NCBI RefSeq assembly: GCF_009914755.1
Contig: NC_060938.1
DNA length: 64,000 nucleotides
Direction: 5' to 3' (one strand)
From: the human T2T-CHM13v2.0 reference genome, Homo sapiens
This document shows positions 27,001-40,715 of the stretch, one piece after another; the first letter of the stretch is position 1; the number at the start of each line of letters is the position of its first letter. The notes below the pieces were generated by a model. That model was not told the origin of the DNA, searched no databases, and saw only the letters and a program-made list of their open reading frames with translations. The position numbers were made by a program, and so were the translations under genes.

Positions 27001-27648
27001 GCTTTATTTGGTCTGACACAGACTGCTTGGTAGCCACCCAATATTCATTCTCCCCTTATTCCTTACAAAAAAATAAAAAGCCTATGTTATTGGGGTTGGG
27101 AGTGTGCTCAGTTAATATATAAATTTTTCAGATTCCCTTGCATCTAGGTAAGTTCTTATCACTTATACTTATCATTTATCACCTGATAACTTACCACTTC
27201 TTAAGTTCTGGCTAATTAGCTATAGTCAGATGTCTTGGAAGTCTTCTTAAATGGCAGGTAAATCTATTCTTTTTCCTCTGACTTTCTCCTGCTTTCTCAC
27301 TTAAGAACAGATGACATAGTTTGACCTTTAAGAGTCAAAGAATGTAAGCTGCGTATAAGGCTGGTGAAATAGAAAGAAAATAAGACTTGAGGAGTTCAAG
27401 ATGTAGAGCTAGCACAGACTTCCTACTTAGAGTCCTACTTACAAACTAATTTTATCAAAAAAAAAAAAACTACCTCTATGTCTAAGTTCTCTAATAATAG
27501 CAGCAAAATCAGTTCCCAATTATTTCATATCAGATTACTAAACTGAAAAATTTACATAAAAGTCATTCTTAGACCCTTACCAAAAGCAAAATAAAACAGC
27601 TTTATAGGAAAGCATTCCCTATTCTGGACACCAAAAGTTTCTGAGCAT

Positions 27649-27649
<1 letters not shown>

Positions 27650-27688
<39 letters not shown>

Positions 27689-27700
27689 ACATACACACAT
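27650..27700. repeat. (CA)n microsatellite
   Basis: Read directly. A second (CA)n lies at ~27983-28010. Confidence 0.95.
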
Positions 27701-27981
27701 GTGCATGCAGAACAGAAGATCTACTAGGAATCTACAGCCTATTAGGAGAGAGGGTCAGGGTCAGCAGACAAAACAAATAAGAGATTGAGTACCCAAGAAC
27801 CTGATACTTATAAAACAGTAAAATTATATAAAAATATTAAAAGTCGTAATCATTATAGAGGTTACAAACAGAATAAAAGCCATAATCAAAGAAAGCAACA
27901 GTATTATTTAAAAATGGAGAGCTTGAAACACAACCAAAGAACTTTCAAATGAAAAATTTAGCCACTGAAATATACATACAC

Positions 27982-28013
<32 letters not shown>

Positions 28014-28491
28014 AGAGGTTAAACAACCAATTAGTCAGAGCTAAAACTAGAGATGAGAAAGGATTTGGCATGTAGTACAAAGTGATAAAGAATGGGGAAT
28101 ATGACAAAACTATGAGGAGAAATAGAAGAAAAAATAAAAACATCCAACATATATTAATAGCATTTTTAGAAAACAATGGTTTAGGAGAATTATGGAGATG
28201 CAACATTTGAAGAAATACTTGTCAAGCATGTTCTAGAATTAAAGCAAGACCTACCTAAGTGCTCAAAAAAAGCAACATGAAGACACAGTAGGAAAATGTA
28301 AAACTACCTAGCTATAATGTTGTGAAACAGCAGAACTTCAAAGACAAAAAATAAAAATATTAAAAGCAACCAGAGAAAAATGCAGAATACCTAAGTAAAA
28401 AAATCAGCAAATCTTGGAATAATATCTTCTTCAAAGTACTGAGGAAAATAATTGTCAGTGTGGAATCCATTACTTAAAAACTATTCAAGAG

Positions 28492-28792
28492 GGCCGGGCA
28501 CAGTGGCTCACACCTGTAATCCCAGCACTTCGGGAGGCCAAGGCAGGCAGATTACCTGAGGTCAGGAGTTTGAGACCAGCCTGGCCAACAATGATGAAAC
28601 TCTATCTCTACTAAAAATACAAAAAGTTAGCCAGGCATGGTGACAGGTGCCTGTAATCCCAGCTATTCAGGAGACTGAGGCAGGAGAATCACTTGAACCC
28701 AGGAAGCGGAGGTTGCAGTGAGCCAAGATCGTGCCACTGCACTCCAGCCCGGACAACAAGAGTGAAACTCTGTCTCAAAAAAAAGAAAAAAC
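28492..28792 (+). mobile_element. AluSx/Sq-like SINE
   Basis: GGCCGGGCACAGTGGCTCACACCTGTAATCCC... with perfect TSD AAACTATTCAAGAG on both sides. Confidence 0.97.
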
Positions 28793-29203
28793 AAACTATT
28801 CAAGAGGAAGAAAAAAAGTTAAACATATTTAAATATAGACTAAGATATTTTACTATTCACAAACTCTTGATGAAATAAAAAATTTAGGAAAGAGATAATA
28901 GAAACTAAGAAGATAGCTGGTTGCAAGAAGCAAGGTAAGCAAGTATTGATTAAGCAAGATTGATAAGCATGTTAGTATATCTAAATAGCCATTGGATGTA
29001 CTGCTACTGCTAATGACTAATTTGGTAACCTCATAGGGAAAATAAAGATGTCAGATCCAAGCTGAAGCTATTTTTCAATTGCTTGGAAACAACCTAGAGA
29101 TAAGAAATTTGGAAATTTTAAAGTCTAGTATGATTACTTACAAATTTTAAGGTAACCACAAAAGAAAAGAAATGTAAAAGCATAATATCTATCTTCTAAA
29201 TCA

Positions 29204-29560
<357 letters not shown>

Positions 29561-30680
29561 CTAATTCAATAGAGGTCCAGAGAGAAATAAAAGAAGCAAA
29601 AAATTAAAAGCATGACAGTATAAAAAATTATAAAATAAGATGAAATGGTAGAAATATTTCAAATACATCTATAAGCACAATAAATATTAATGGATTAAGC
29701 TTGTCTGTTAACAGATTCTCAGCTTGAATAAAAATAATATGAATATTAAAATGTATTAATTTTATAATAGACACATAAAATAAATGACAAAAAAGATTGA
29801 GAGTAAAGAGCAAGGAAAGAGATATACCAGGGGAATAGTACTTAGGAGAAAGATGATGTGGCACTATTAATATTGGAGAAAAATAGGCATTAACATTAAA
29901 AAATTATTCTTGAATATGAAGGTATCATTACTTAATAATAAAAGAACAATTTACCAGAAACATATATCAATTCTGAACTGTATGCAACTTACATTATAAC
30001 TACAATATATATAAAATATTGATTGAAAGTATTTTAAAATTAATTTTAAAAATTGACAAGTATAGCTTGAGCAATCACATTCAGGGCACTGACAAGTCTG
30101 GGGAAGAAATGAAGGGAATAAGACTGGAAAGAATACAAGGAGCCTTCAGTTCTAGTTTTAACTTTTATTTTTAAAAAATGATCAGAAGCAATGTGGAAAA
30201 TGCTAACAGTTTAAAAAATCTGGGACGGAATACAGAGTATTGTTCTCTGTAGCTTTCTATGTTTGGAATACTTCATATACTTCAAAATGGTATTCAAAAT
30301 ATAATGAAACTAAATATTGTTTTCAATATCAACCTCTGAAATGAATTTTTAGTCTTCTTTTAGTCTTATTTTCACACAATTGTAAAAAATGTATTCTACA
30401 TTATAAAATAGTCTAGTATTCATCTCCTGTATTTTTTCCTTTTTCTTATACCTTCTTTAAAAAGTGAGAACATAGCTTGCTACCTTTCCTTGGAACTTTA
30501 AAAATTGTTGTTCCTTTCTTTGCTCCCCTTTTCCTCCTCTTCTTCCTTTCTTTTCTTCTTCCTTTATCTCTTTCTCCCTCCCTTGCTTCTTCCTTTCTTT
30601 CTTTCCTTCCTTCCCTACCTTTTCCAAAGGAATTACAAGAATCTAAACTCCACATTTTTTCCCAATTCTTTTCATAATTG

Positions 30681-30849
30681 TTAGAGTTCCCAGATAAGCA
30701 ACAAGAAGGCCAAATAAATTTGAATTTTAGATAAACAACAAATATGTCCCACATATTGCATAGAATATACTTATAATGAAAAGTTATTGGTTTTTTATCT
30801 AAATTACAAATTAATTGAGAGTCCTAGGTTTTTATCTCAGAATTCTGTC
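30681..30849. mobile_element. MER53-like hAT MITE (palindromic)
   Basis: AAATTTGAATTTTAGATAAACAAC...ATGTCCCACATATTGCATAGAATATACTTATA...TTTATCTAAATTACAAATTAATTG resembles the MER53 hairpin consensus. Confidence 0.72.
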
Positions 30850-31885
30850 AATCCTAAACACTTTATCATAATTGTAGTTTATTTTCATGGATCATCTTTC
30901 TCACAAATATTCTCTAATTCTCAAATATAAATACAGAATAGATCTGATAGAAGGTCTTCTCATCTTAAATCTGATGAAAAAGGCTATCTATCAAGGATAG
31001 ATGCTATCAAGTTATACACTATCTATAAAGGATACTAGTATCCTAGTACCAGTACTGTTATCAAGGATGCAATTTTGACTGGTTTGGACACAAATTAATT
31101 GGATCTTAAGTACAAGATTGCCAGAGGTGGTTTCAGGTCCTCATACCTTTGTTTGAAGCAAGTTGTAAAAACACTGTAAATTTTACTTTTTAGTCTTTGC
31201 AAGTGAATTAATTATTTGGCTTTTCCTCTAACTTGGCTTCAGATTTTCTCTAAAAGAAAAATTTCTTTCTCATTTGTTGAATTTGTCTTGTTTTGTCTCT
31301 TTCTCTAAGGAAATAAGAATCATATCTCAGATTATCTTTAAAATGTACCACGGTTGCATTTTCTTTCAATCGGGTGATTTCAGAATGTGATCTTCCAAAG
31401 GTTCCTCCTTGGTCCCTTACTATCTATCTTCCTAGTTGAATTCTTTTCTTAACAGTTCTCTTACAGAGATTCTTGGTTACTGAGCATCATGGAAAAGAAA
31501 CATCACTGAAAGATTTGAGTAAGAGCAATAGAGTAGGGAATCATTACCAATTGATTAAATGAACTAAAGAAAGAATGATCCAAAGAACAGATACAATAAT
31601 TGTCATATGATGTATCAACAATTTGCAAAGAAAATAATAGCAGTCTTTAAATGGCTAAACAGAAAAAAAAAAAAACTAGGTTTGGGGTTCTGTATCTCTT
31701 TCCAAGTGAATCCTTTCACAGTATTTTTGTAGATGTGTCTTGTTATGTGCCTTTCTTAAAGAGTACCACTATTTGCTTTAAAATTGCCTATAACTTAAGA
31801 AAAAATAGAAATCACTATATTAGAGTGGTGGTTTCTTGTATGCTTCTTCTTCTTTAAAATATATTTTCTTTTTGCAATAAACAAA

Positions 31886-32246
31886 TGCTTTGGTCTGAAT
31901 GTTTTGACCCTCCCCAAAATCTATGTTGAAATACTAACCTCAAGGTGATAGCTTGGGAGTCAGGATCTTTGGGAGGTTATTAGGTCAGGAGAGTGGAGCT
32001 CTCATGATTGGGGCAGTGTCCTTATAAAAGAGACACTAGGGGGCTAGTCCATCCCATCTACCATGTGAGGACACAGAGAGAAGGGGCTGTCTAAGAACCA
32101 GGAATCCATCTTCCACCAAACACCAAATTTGCCAGCACCTTGATCTTGGAATTGCCAGTCTCCAGGATTGTGAAAATAAACTTTTGTTGTTTATAAACTA
32201 CCCAGTATATGATATTTTGTTAGAATAGACCAAATGGAGTAAGACA
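31886..32246 (+). mobile_element. MaLR solo LTR (MLT1A0-like)
   Basis: TGCTTTGGTCTGAATGTTTTGACCCTCCCCAAAATC...CACCTTGATCTTGGAATTGCCAGTCTCCAGG...GAGTAAGACA, with near-TSD ACAAA/CCAAA. Confidence 0.88.
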
Positions 32247-33780
32247 CCAAATAAAATAATAAATTTGTTACAAATAATTTATTTTCAAATTGGTTTTTGT
32301 TTATGCAGGCTAAACAGTCTAAAATAAGAACCATATGGTATTTGTTAGTCCTGAGTTGTTTGTTTTTCTTTTTGCCTTTACAAATTTCTAAATCTTGTTG
32401 TAAGATCAAATGTATTTATAAATAAATTGAAAGAAAGAAAAGAAAATAGAAAAAGTAAGCAACCATTTATAGTATATATGTTATATATAAAATAAAATTG
32501 TTATAAAATTAAATATACTCTCTATTTTGGATTTTTTTCTTAATATACGAAAACCATTTTCCTTTTCCATGAAATATTTCATCATGTTTTTTCAATAGTT
32601 TCCTAGTACTATATTATCTGTTAAAAAATGAAAGCTTGACTTTTTTGAAAATTTCTTTATCCTTTGAAACTCTGAGCTTTTATCTATAAAATAGAATTTG
32701 TGGGGAGAGAGAGGCAACTAAGGCTGAGCTATGATGGAGTGTCTATGAAAAAGAGTATGTTCTTGTCAGTGTAACTAATTCTACTGAGGACTAGAGGACA
32801 GTCACAATGTGAAACTATGTTTTACAACTCCAGGGATAAAAATCAGTGAAAGGAAAGGTGAAAATGATGAAAGTCAATGTGGTGACACTGTTAAAGATTT
32901 ACCTCAATGTGCCTTTGTTGGTAGAACTCACTGTGCCCTCTGCAAACGGAAAAGAAAAAAAAATTGATTCCCTTTATTGCACTCATCTGTCATAGATAAT
33001 ACCCTGTATAAAAAGGTGGAAGGAAGTGGTGAACTTATAATCAGTCTGTGTACACATACAATAGGACAGCAGTCTGGAAACCCAGCAGGCCTGGGAAATG
33101 AGTGGCTGTCATAAAGAGGACAGTGACACTCAACTGAGATCAGTAAGCATGAAGCTCCAAAGAGAGGGGACAGCCAATTTGATCTTTTTTTGTGTGCACA
33201 CTGTTGAGTGTGCCACATGCACCTTCAGACTTCGTGGGACATCACCATCAATTGCCAGACAAATGCAACCCACTCTGCCACCAATAGGAGGAAGTGAACT
33301 TGTTGTAGCCCTTTAAAGCACTCCACAGAGAATACATCCCTCCTGTAATAATGATAGATGGAGCCTGCCTCTGTCTGACCAAGGGGGTATATTCCAAAGC
33401 TGCTGAGATCAATGCCTGTGTGTCAGATGTTACTGTTAAAAGCAAGATTTCTAGAAATTTGTGAAAAGACTAGTTCAATTAGGCAATGCCTAGAACTTTT
33501 TAGCAATCATTACAATAAAGGCACCAGAATGGTTTTGTTATGAATTTCCCTTGTTTTATTCTATTATTATGATTCAGAAAGCACTGATAGTTTTATTTTT
33601 CCCTTCCAAACTCTGTATATTGCATATGTACTTACTTTAATGGCAGTAAGTTATGTTACGAAGTTTAACTGCCGGACAGTAATATCTAGCAATGCTAATT
33701 CATTGTCTGGTAAATGAAGTAGTGCTAAATTTTCAATCTTTAAATAATTTCTTTCCCTCTGGATGGTCAACTTTTCAGCC

Positions 33781-34131
33781 TGTCTTAGTCTTTTTGGGCT
33801 GCCATAAAAAATACCTAACTGGGTAATTTCTAAACAGCAGAAATTGATTTCTCCTAGTCTGGAGACCAAGAAGTCCAAGATGCAGGAACCAGCAAATTTA
33901 GTGTTGGGTGGGGGCCTGTTCCCCATAGATGGAGACTGCTTGCTGAGTCTTCACATGGCAGAAGGGGAGAACAACCCCTTTGGGCCTCTTTTATAAGGGC
34001 ACTATTCACATTTATGAGGCCCTCATGGTCTAATCACCTCCTAGAGACCCCAGTTCTTAATACCATTGCATCAGGTATTAGATTGCAATATATGAAAATA
34101 GAGGGGAGGAGCAAGCATTCAGACCATAGCA
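33781..34131 (-). mobile_element. MaLR solo LTR (MLT1A-like)
   Basis: TGTCTTAGTCTTTTTGGGCTGCC...CATTCAGACCATAGCA with perfect 5-bp TSD CAGCC (33776-33780 and 34132-34136). Confidence 0.9.
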
Positions 34132-35329
34132 CAGCCTGTTCCCTAATACTCATGTGCATGTCACTTAGCGCTCCCGCCTAAATCCCTACTAACTCCACTT
34201 TGCGTCACTCTGAGAGCCTCAGGCAGTCTGAAAACCTCTGTAGAGTCTTCATAGATGTTTCATTCTCTTTGGAGTCTTCATACATGAACAGACCAAAAGG
34301 TGGATATCTGAAATATTTTGTGAAAAAGGAATGGTGGGCCCCTCTCTTTAAATTGCTGTCACCTTCTCCATCATAGAAGCTGCTTGCTCTCCTCCACGCC
34401 TTTTTGATGAGTAGAGATTCACTTGATCTCCCCGTGGAGGCTTTCCTCAATGAAACTATGTATTCCTCTCTGTGAGATCCCAATATCATTGACACACTGT
34501 AATTAAGATATTCCATCATAATTATTGATGAGGAAATACCTGATTTTTCAGAACTGTACACTCTATTTCTTGTACAAGCCACGTTTAAATGTTCAAGCCT
34601 GTATTCCACCAGACAAATTGACCATTTAATACACTGAACATTCCTTGACCTTCATGTAGTACAAAGCAAGCCAAAGAGTCTGAATTTACAATCACACAAA
34701 ACAAGACGACAAATCAGATATAATTTTCTTCTTTTTGTTTTTGAGGAAAATGTTTAAAATCCTAAAAGAAAGGTGTTTGGGGAATGCTGTTGTCAGAGAA
34801 GCAACAGAGGATACATTTATCCAACTTATCATCAGGATAGGGCTCCTTAGAGAGGCTGGCATAGAGGCAAGGTTTTGATAAGGGAATACATGTGGCTTTG
34901 TAGACAAGGATTAGAAAGCTGTTCTGAGCATAAAGTAGAGCCATCCTTTGACAGGAATAAGAGAAAAGAAATAAAAAGGTGGCGAGGGTGAATGGTTTCT
35001 CTTTACCCCTTGAATCTCTCATTGTCCACCTGACAAATCACATCTATCCCATTTTCCAAAGCTCTCCTCAAGGCTTAGGAAAACAACCGAAATCAACTCA
35101 CATTATTGTATTTGTCACACCATGAGCCTTCTCATTCCCCCTAGATTGTGTCTTACAGTTTATGCAAAAGCTCATTTAAGTTTTGAACTGACTAGTTGGA
35201 GAACAGGCATACTTCGTATTTTGTGGGCGTATATATCACATTTGTGAACGTACTACATGTTAGGTCATGTGCACACATGGGCTCTGGGAAAGGCAGGGCT
35301 TATATACAATACACTGAAGTTTTAGTTTT

Positions 35330-35520
35330 GTTTCTGATATTTTCCGATGATGTAAGTTTGGGGCAAGTTATTTATTCTCTGCATGTCTCAATTTTCTCCT
35401 TTGTAAAATAAAGGTAGTTAAGCTTATGCCAAGAATGTTGTGAGGATTAAATGAGATCATGTTTGGGCAGCCTTTAACACAGTGACAGATAGTTAGCTAT
35501 CAATAGATGGTATTTTTATT
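35330..35520 (+). mobile_element. MIR SINE fragment
   Basis: GGGCAAGTTATTTATTCTCTGCATGTCTCAATTTTCTCCTTTGTAAAATAAAGG...TTGTGAGGATTAAATGAGATCATG. Confidence 0.75.
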
Positions 35521-37834
35521 ATTGTTGTTTTCTTGTTAAGATGAAAATTCTCCTCTCTTAAGGAGCTTGATCATGAATGATGAGTTTGGAAAATATAATG
35601 GTGGGTTCATATTTTGAACACCAATTATCCATGACTTTGGAAAAGCTACTAAAATTTATCTGCTTCTTCCTGGAAAAGGATAAGGTCAAGATATGTAGTT
35701 TGAATATGTGGAGATAGGTATATGTATCATCTAATATTGTGAAATTTTTATATTTCCAGTTGGTTCCTTGATAGTTTTTTTATTATAATCCTTGAATTAG
35801 GACTCTGAGTATTTAGTAAGTACCCATTAAGTAACAGTACTTTTATCTTCAAGAAAGACAGTTTTAAAAAGTGACTTTGATTTAATAAATTGGACTTCCC
35901 CTTTCACACTGTGCACATGATCAGTGATCCTATTTCCCAGATGCTTTGCAATCAGCCCCTTGACCAGGAAAGAGTTATTACTGCTCAGTGAAGTTTGATA
36001 CAGGAAGATTATTTGGACAGTTTGTGCTTCATTAATACAAGTTTGGTTTGTGAAATCCCCAAGCTTTGCTTTACAAGTCTTCAGATTAAAAATTAATTAC
36101 AACGATTATCAACAAATATAAAAAGTCAAGAAAATAATGAAAGCCCATCTGTCTGTTTGGCTTTGGAAAGCATAGCACAGTGGCAACAACTGAAAACTAC
36201 CAGCTTTTACAGTAAGTTCTAAAAGTAATCCACCATGTATAAATACTCTTACTTCTTTTATACAAAACAAACTAAATTCTTTCTTTAAACAAATGAGCTT
36301 TTCATCTATTTGCACAATGCGTTCTTATCTCTTAAACACAAATTCATCATGTAGATCACAGAAATTCCCTGGCATGGAAATTTTTGAGATAGTTGATTAT
36401 TGCTGGGTCACCATTTGGAGATATCTTGTGCACAAGTACAGGCAAAAGCCCTCTCAAAGATTGCTTCTATTGTCATTAAACTTCTAGGACATTTTGACTG
36501 TATGTAAGGCATTATACATATGTGTGCATGGGAGGAGAAATATGCTAAAATAGATCATTTACATAAGATTAATTCTAATTATATTTAAAGTGGTCATTCA
36601 TTGACAAAGAGTGATAATGTGCTCTTGAAACAACTGTTGTTTTCAAATGTATTTTATCTCTGGGTGTCATGCATTTATCATACATATAAAACCCATGAAT
36701 ATCTGATTTTCCTTTAAATAAAATGAAATAATAAATATTATAAAGATAAAACTGAAGAAATAACTCTTCTGTAGTCAGAGAAAAAATAAAATTTTTCAAA
36801 TCAGTAGTTTCATGGATTTTGTGTTTATTCCCAAGTTATTCTACTTCCCCAAAAGAAATCCTTTGAATATTAAAGAGATGTAATTAATGAAAAGGGAAAC
36901 TAATAAATATATCAGAAACAGTTTACTATTAGTTTGTATGTATTCTAAATGCCTCAACTAGAATGCAAATGAACTTTCAAAATTAGATTATTAAGTTCTA
37001 AAAAAGATTGTCCTCATAGTTACAGAAAAAATTATCACTGGTTTCTAATATCTAGAAATCGAATAACTTTTTTAAAGATGTTGGCTTAATTTTCAAAGAA
37101 ACTTAAATACTGATCAGTGTAACATCCAATTGGCTAAATATGATATAATTTTCTACATGGATCAAATATAGACTTTTTAACTCACAATTAATTTATGATA
37201 AATATTGTATAAATTTATGATAAATAAAAATTCAACCTAAATTGAAGTTTTCAAAACTGAATGGTACAGTGTTAAAGAACTAGTGAGAAAAGCAAAAGAA
37301 TGGCCAGAAGTCAAATGAGTTACCCTGAAAAATCCTCCTGCTAAAATGTAATCATAGTTTGGATAAATTAAAACAATTGTAGTTTTTAATAAATTACTGA
37401 GTTTGCTAAAATAATGGAAATTTCTAAAATGAGAAAAAGTAGCTAGCTGAAACTAGAGCAGAATCAATAAGCAGTAGAGGTAAACAGAGCAGGGGATTTT
37501 AAGGGAGATTTACCTTGAGGCAGATGTCTTCATCAGCTCTGTCATCCAGGGACTATGCCTTAGGGCTCTGGCAAGATTGAGGCAGAACTTGAAACTCTTG
37601 CTTAATCATAAATTCATTGAAAGGAGCTAAGTGGTCCCACACCAGTATTGAGCCTGGAACTTGCAGAATCCAAAACTTCTATAAAATAGAAGGTCTCCCA
37701 TTTATGCCCTCAGAATTCCTGCAGATTAGGTTCAATAAGATATGAGTCCACAATGAAAATTAAATAAGCAATAGAAATGGGCATCTGTAAGTGACGGTCA
37801 ACAGAAATAACGACAAACAGAATTAAGTGTCCCC

Positions 37835-38142
37835 GCCCAGGCATAGTGGCTAACTCTTGTAATCCCAGCACTTTGGGAGGCCAGACCAGGAGGGTTGCTT
37901 GAGACCAGAAGTTTGAGACCAGCCTGGGCAACATAAGGAGACCCCATCCCTACAAAACTTAAAAAAACAAATAGCCAGGCATGCTGTTGCACTCCTATAG
38001 TCTCAGCTACTTGAGAGGCTGAGGTGGGAGGATCGCATGAACCCAGGAGGTGAGGCTGCAGTGAGCCATAATTGCACCACTGCACTCCAGGTTGGGTGAC
38101 AGAGTGAGACCTTGTCTAAAAAAAAAAAAAAAAAAAAAAAAA
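37835..38142 (+). mobile_element. AluJ-like SINE
   Basis: GCCCAGGCATAGTGGCTAACTCTTGTAATCCCAGCAC...GAGTGAGACCTTGTCT with a ~26-nt poly(A). Confidence 0.95.
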
Positions 38143-38742
38143 AGATAATGTTTGATTTTGATTTCAGAAGTTAAAATTGAAATGGAATTAAAATTATTAA
38201 AACTACCTGAAACAATGGAAAGTTTGAATAGTTCTGCAGTCATTAAATAAATTTATTTATTAGATAAAAATTCTACCATAAAGAAAGCCCCAGACCACTG
38301 GGGTTTTACAAATAAAATCTACCAAACTTTTGGATAACAACAACAATTTCACATATGTTTTCCCTCTAAATATAGAAAGAGGACCCTCTCAACTTGTTTA
38401 AGACATAAAACAATATAAGGAGAAGATTAAGAAGAGAAAAAGACACTCTCATTCACAAACATAGATACAAAATATTTAAAAGTTCTTTGCAAATAAACCT
38501 CCATGGTATATTAAATGAAGCTGAGTTGACACCAGAATATTTTAGACTGATAAGATTTCTAAATATAATGCACCACAAGGACAGAATATAGGAGAAAATT
38601 CAGAAGACCTTCTAAATACCTATAGACAAAACATTTACAAAATTGAACACGCTTCATGATAAGAAACATGTTTAAAATGCAAAATGGAAAAGAGAACATT
38701 CTTAATCTGATAGAGGGCATCTATATCAGACTAAATATCATT

Positions 38743-39039
38743 CTTTTTTTTTTCTTTGAGACAGAGTCTCACTCCATTGCCCAGGCTGCAGTGTAGTGGT
38801 GCAATCTGAGCTCACTGCAGCCTCCATCTCCTGGGTTCAAGAGATTCTCCTGCCTCAGCCTCCTGAGCAGCTCATATTACAGGTGCCTGCCACCATGCCT
38901 GGCTAATTTTCGTATTTTTAGTAGAAACGGGGTTTCACCATGTTGGCCAGGCTGGTTTGGAACTCCTGAGCTCAAGTGATCTGCCCGCCTCAGCCTCCCA
39001 AAGTAATGAGATTACAGGCGTGAGCCACTTCACCCTACA
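38743..39039 (-). mobile_element. AluSx-like SINE
   Basis: Antisense Alu with perfect TSD TAAATATCATTCTT on both sides. Confidence 0.96.
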
Positions 39040-40414
39040 TAAATATCATTCTTAATGAAGAAATTGCAAAGAAAAATGATGTTATCATCAGAAACAATGC
39101 AAAAATGCATCTTACTGTCACTTCTATCCAACACCGTACAAGAGGCCTTAGACGGCAAAGTAAGACAAGAACAAGAAAAGACATAAAGAATGAAAAGAAA
39201 CAACCAGAAATAAACTTATTTCCTAATTACAGATGTTATACCTGCCTGTGATTGTCTACATACCAAATCTTAAATAATCTACGAATTGATATAATTAATA
39301 AAAGAGCTGCTGATGGCTCAACAAGGTAATTGAATATAGAATGAATAGAAAATATAAATTGCATTTTCTATGTACTAACCAACAATAATAACTGAACAGA
39401 GAACATCTCTATCAAATTCTTCAGTAACTCACTCATAAATCTTATTCTCAGTAAAAATGTCTTTGATTACTTTATTTAAAACTACAACCCACTACCAAGA
39501 TCACTACAGGATCACCACTATTCTGCTTCCTTTTTTCTTTTTGATAGCTCTTTTCACTGTTTTATTTATTTTGTGTATTATTCATCTCCCTCAGCTAGAA
39601 TGAAAAGTCTGTGAAAGAAGAATTTTTTTTCTGTTTTCTTTCTTAATTTTTTAAATGACTCTGGGTTTTTAAATGACTCTGGGGTCCTGGGACCCAGAAC
39701 AGTACCCAACACATAATAGAAATTCAAAAATAATTTGTTGAATAAATGAATAGATATATAAATGTATATGCAGTATTTATAATATCAACAAAATCTAAAG
39801 TACCAACTAATTTTGTAATAAAAGATGAAGAATCTTATACAATTTCAAAGGTAGACATACAAGGGATGATATATACCAAGTTTACATACAGATGTTCTCA
39901 ATATTGAAAGATATAATCGATGTCCAAATGAATCTTGTAGATTCAAGGCAATTTTAACCAAATCCCAGCAGCATTTTTAAGAAATGTGTCTAATTTTAAC
40001 ATTTCCATGAAAGATTAAAGGCTCATGAATAGCCAGAATCCTTCCAAAGATAAGAGGACGAAGATGTTACAGGAGCTTGCCTTTTAGATTGATACTTATA
40101 GTAAATATGTCTTGGGATGAATATAGAAAAGATGACTAATAGAACAGATTAGAGAACTCAGAAATAGCTTATTACATACATGGAATATTAAAATCTAACA
40201 TGATATTGGAAATCATTGTAGAAAAAGAGGACTATCCAATAAATTGTGCTGAAACATTGATTTTCCAAATTGAAAAAAAAATACATAAAATGAGACCTTT
40301 CTGTTTTCATTATACACACAAATATATTCCAGAAGAATTATAGATATAAATGTGAATGACACATTTTAATACATATAGAGTCACATATAGGAAAATATAT
40401 TTTGACCTTTATAA

Positions 40415-40715
<301 letters not shown>

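Noticed and set aside
34205-34609. 134-aa minus-strand ORF as a coding exon
   Set aside because: GTG start, no recognisable domain, no convincing splice signals; the length is compatible with chance.
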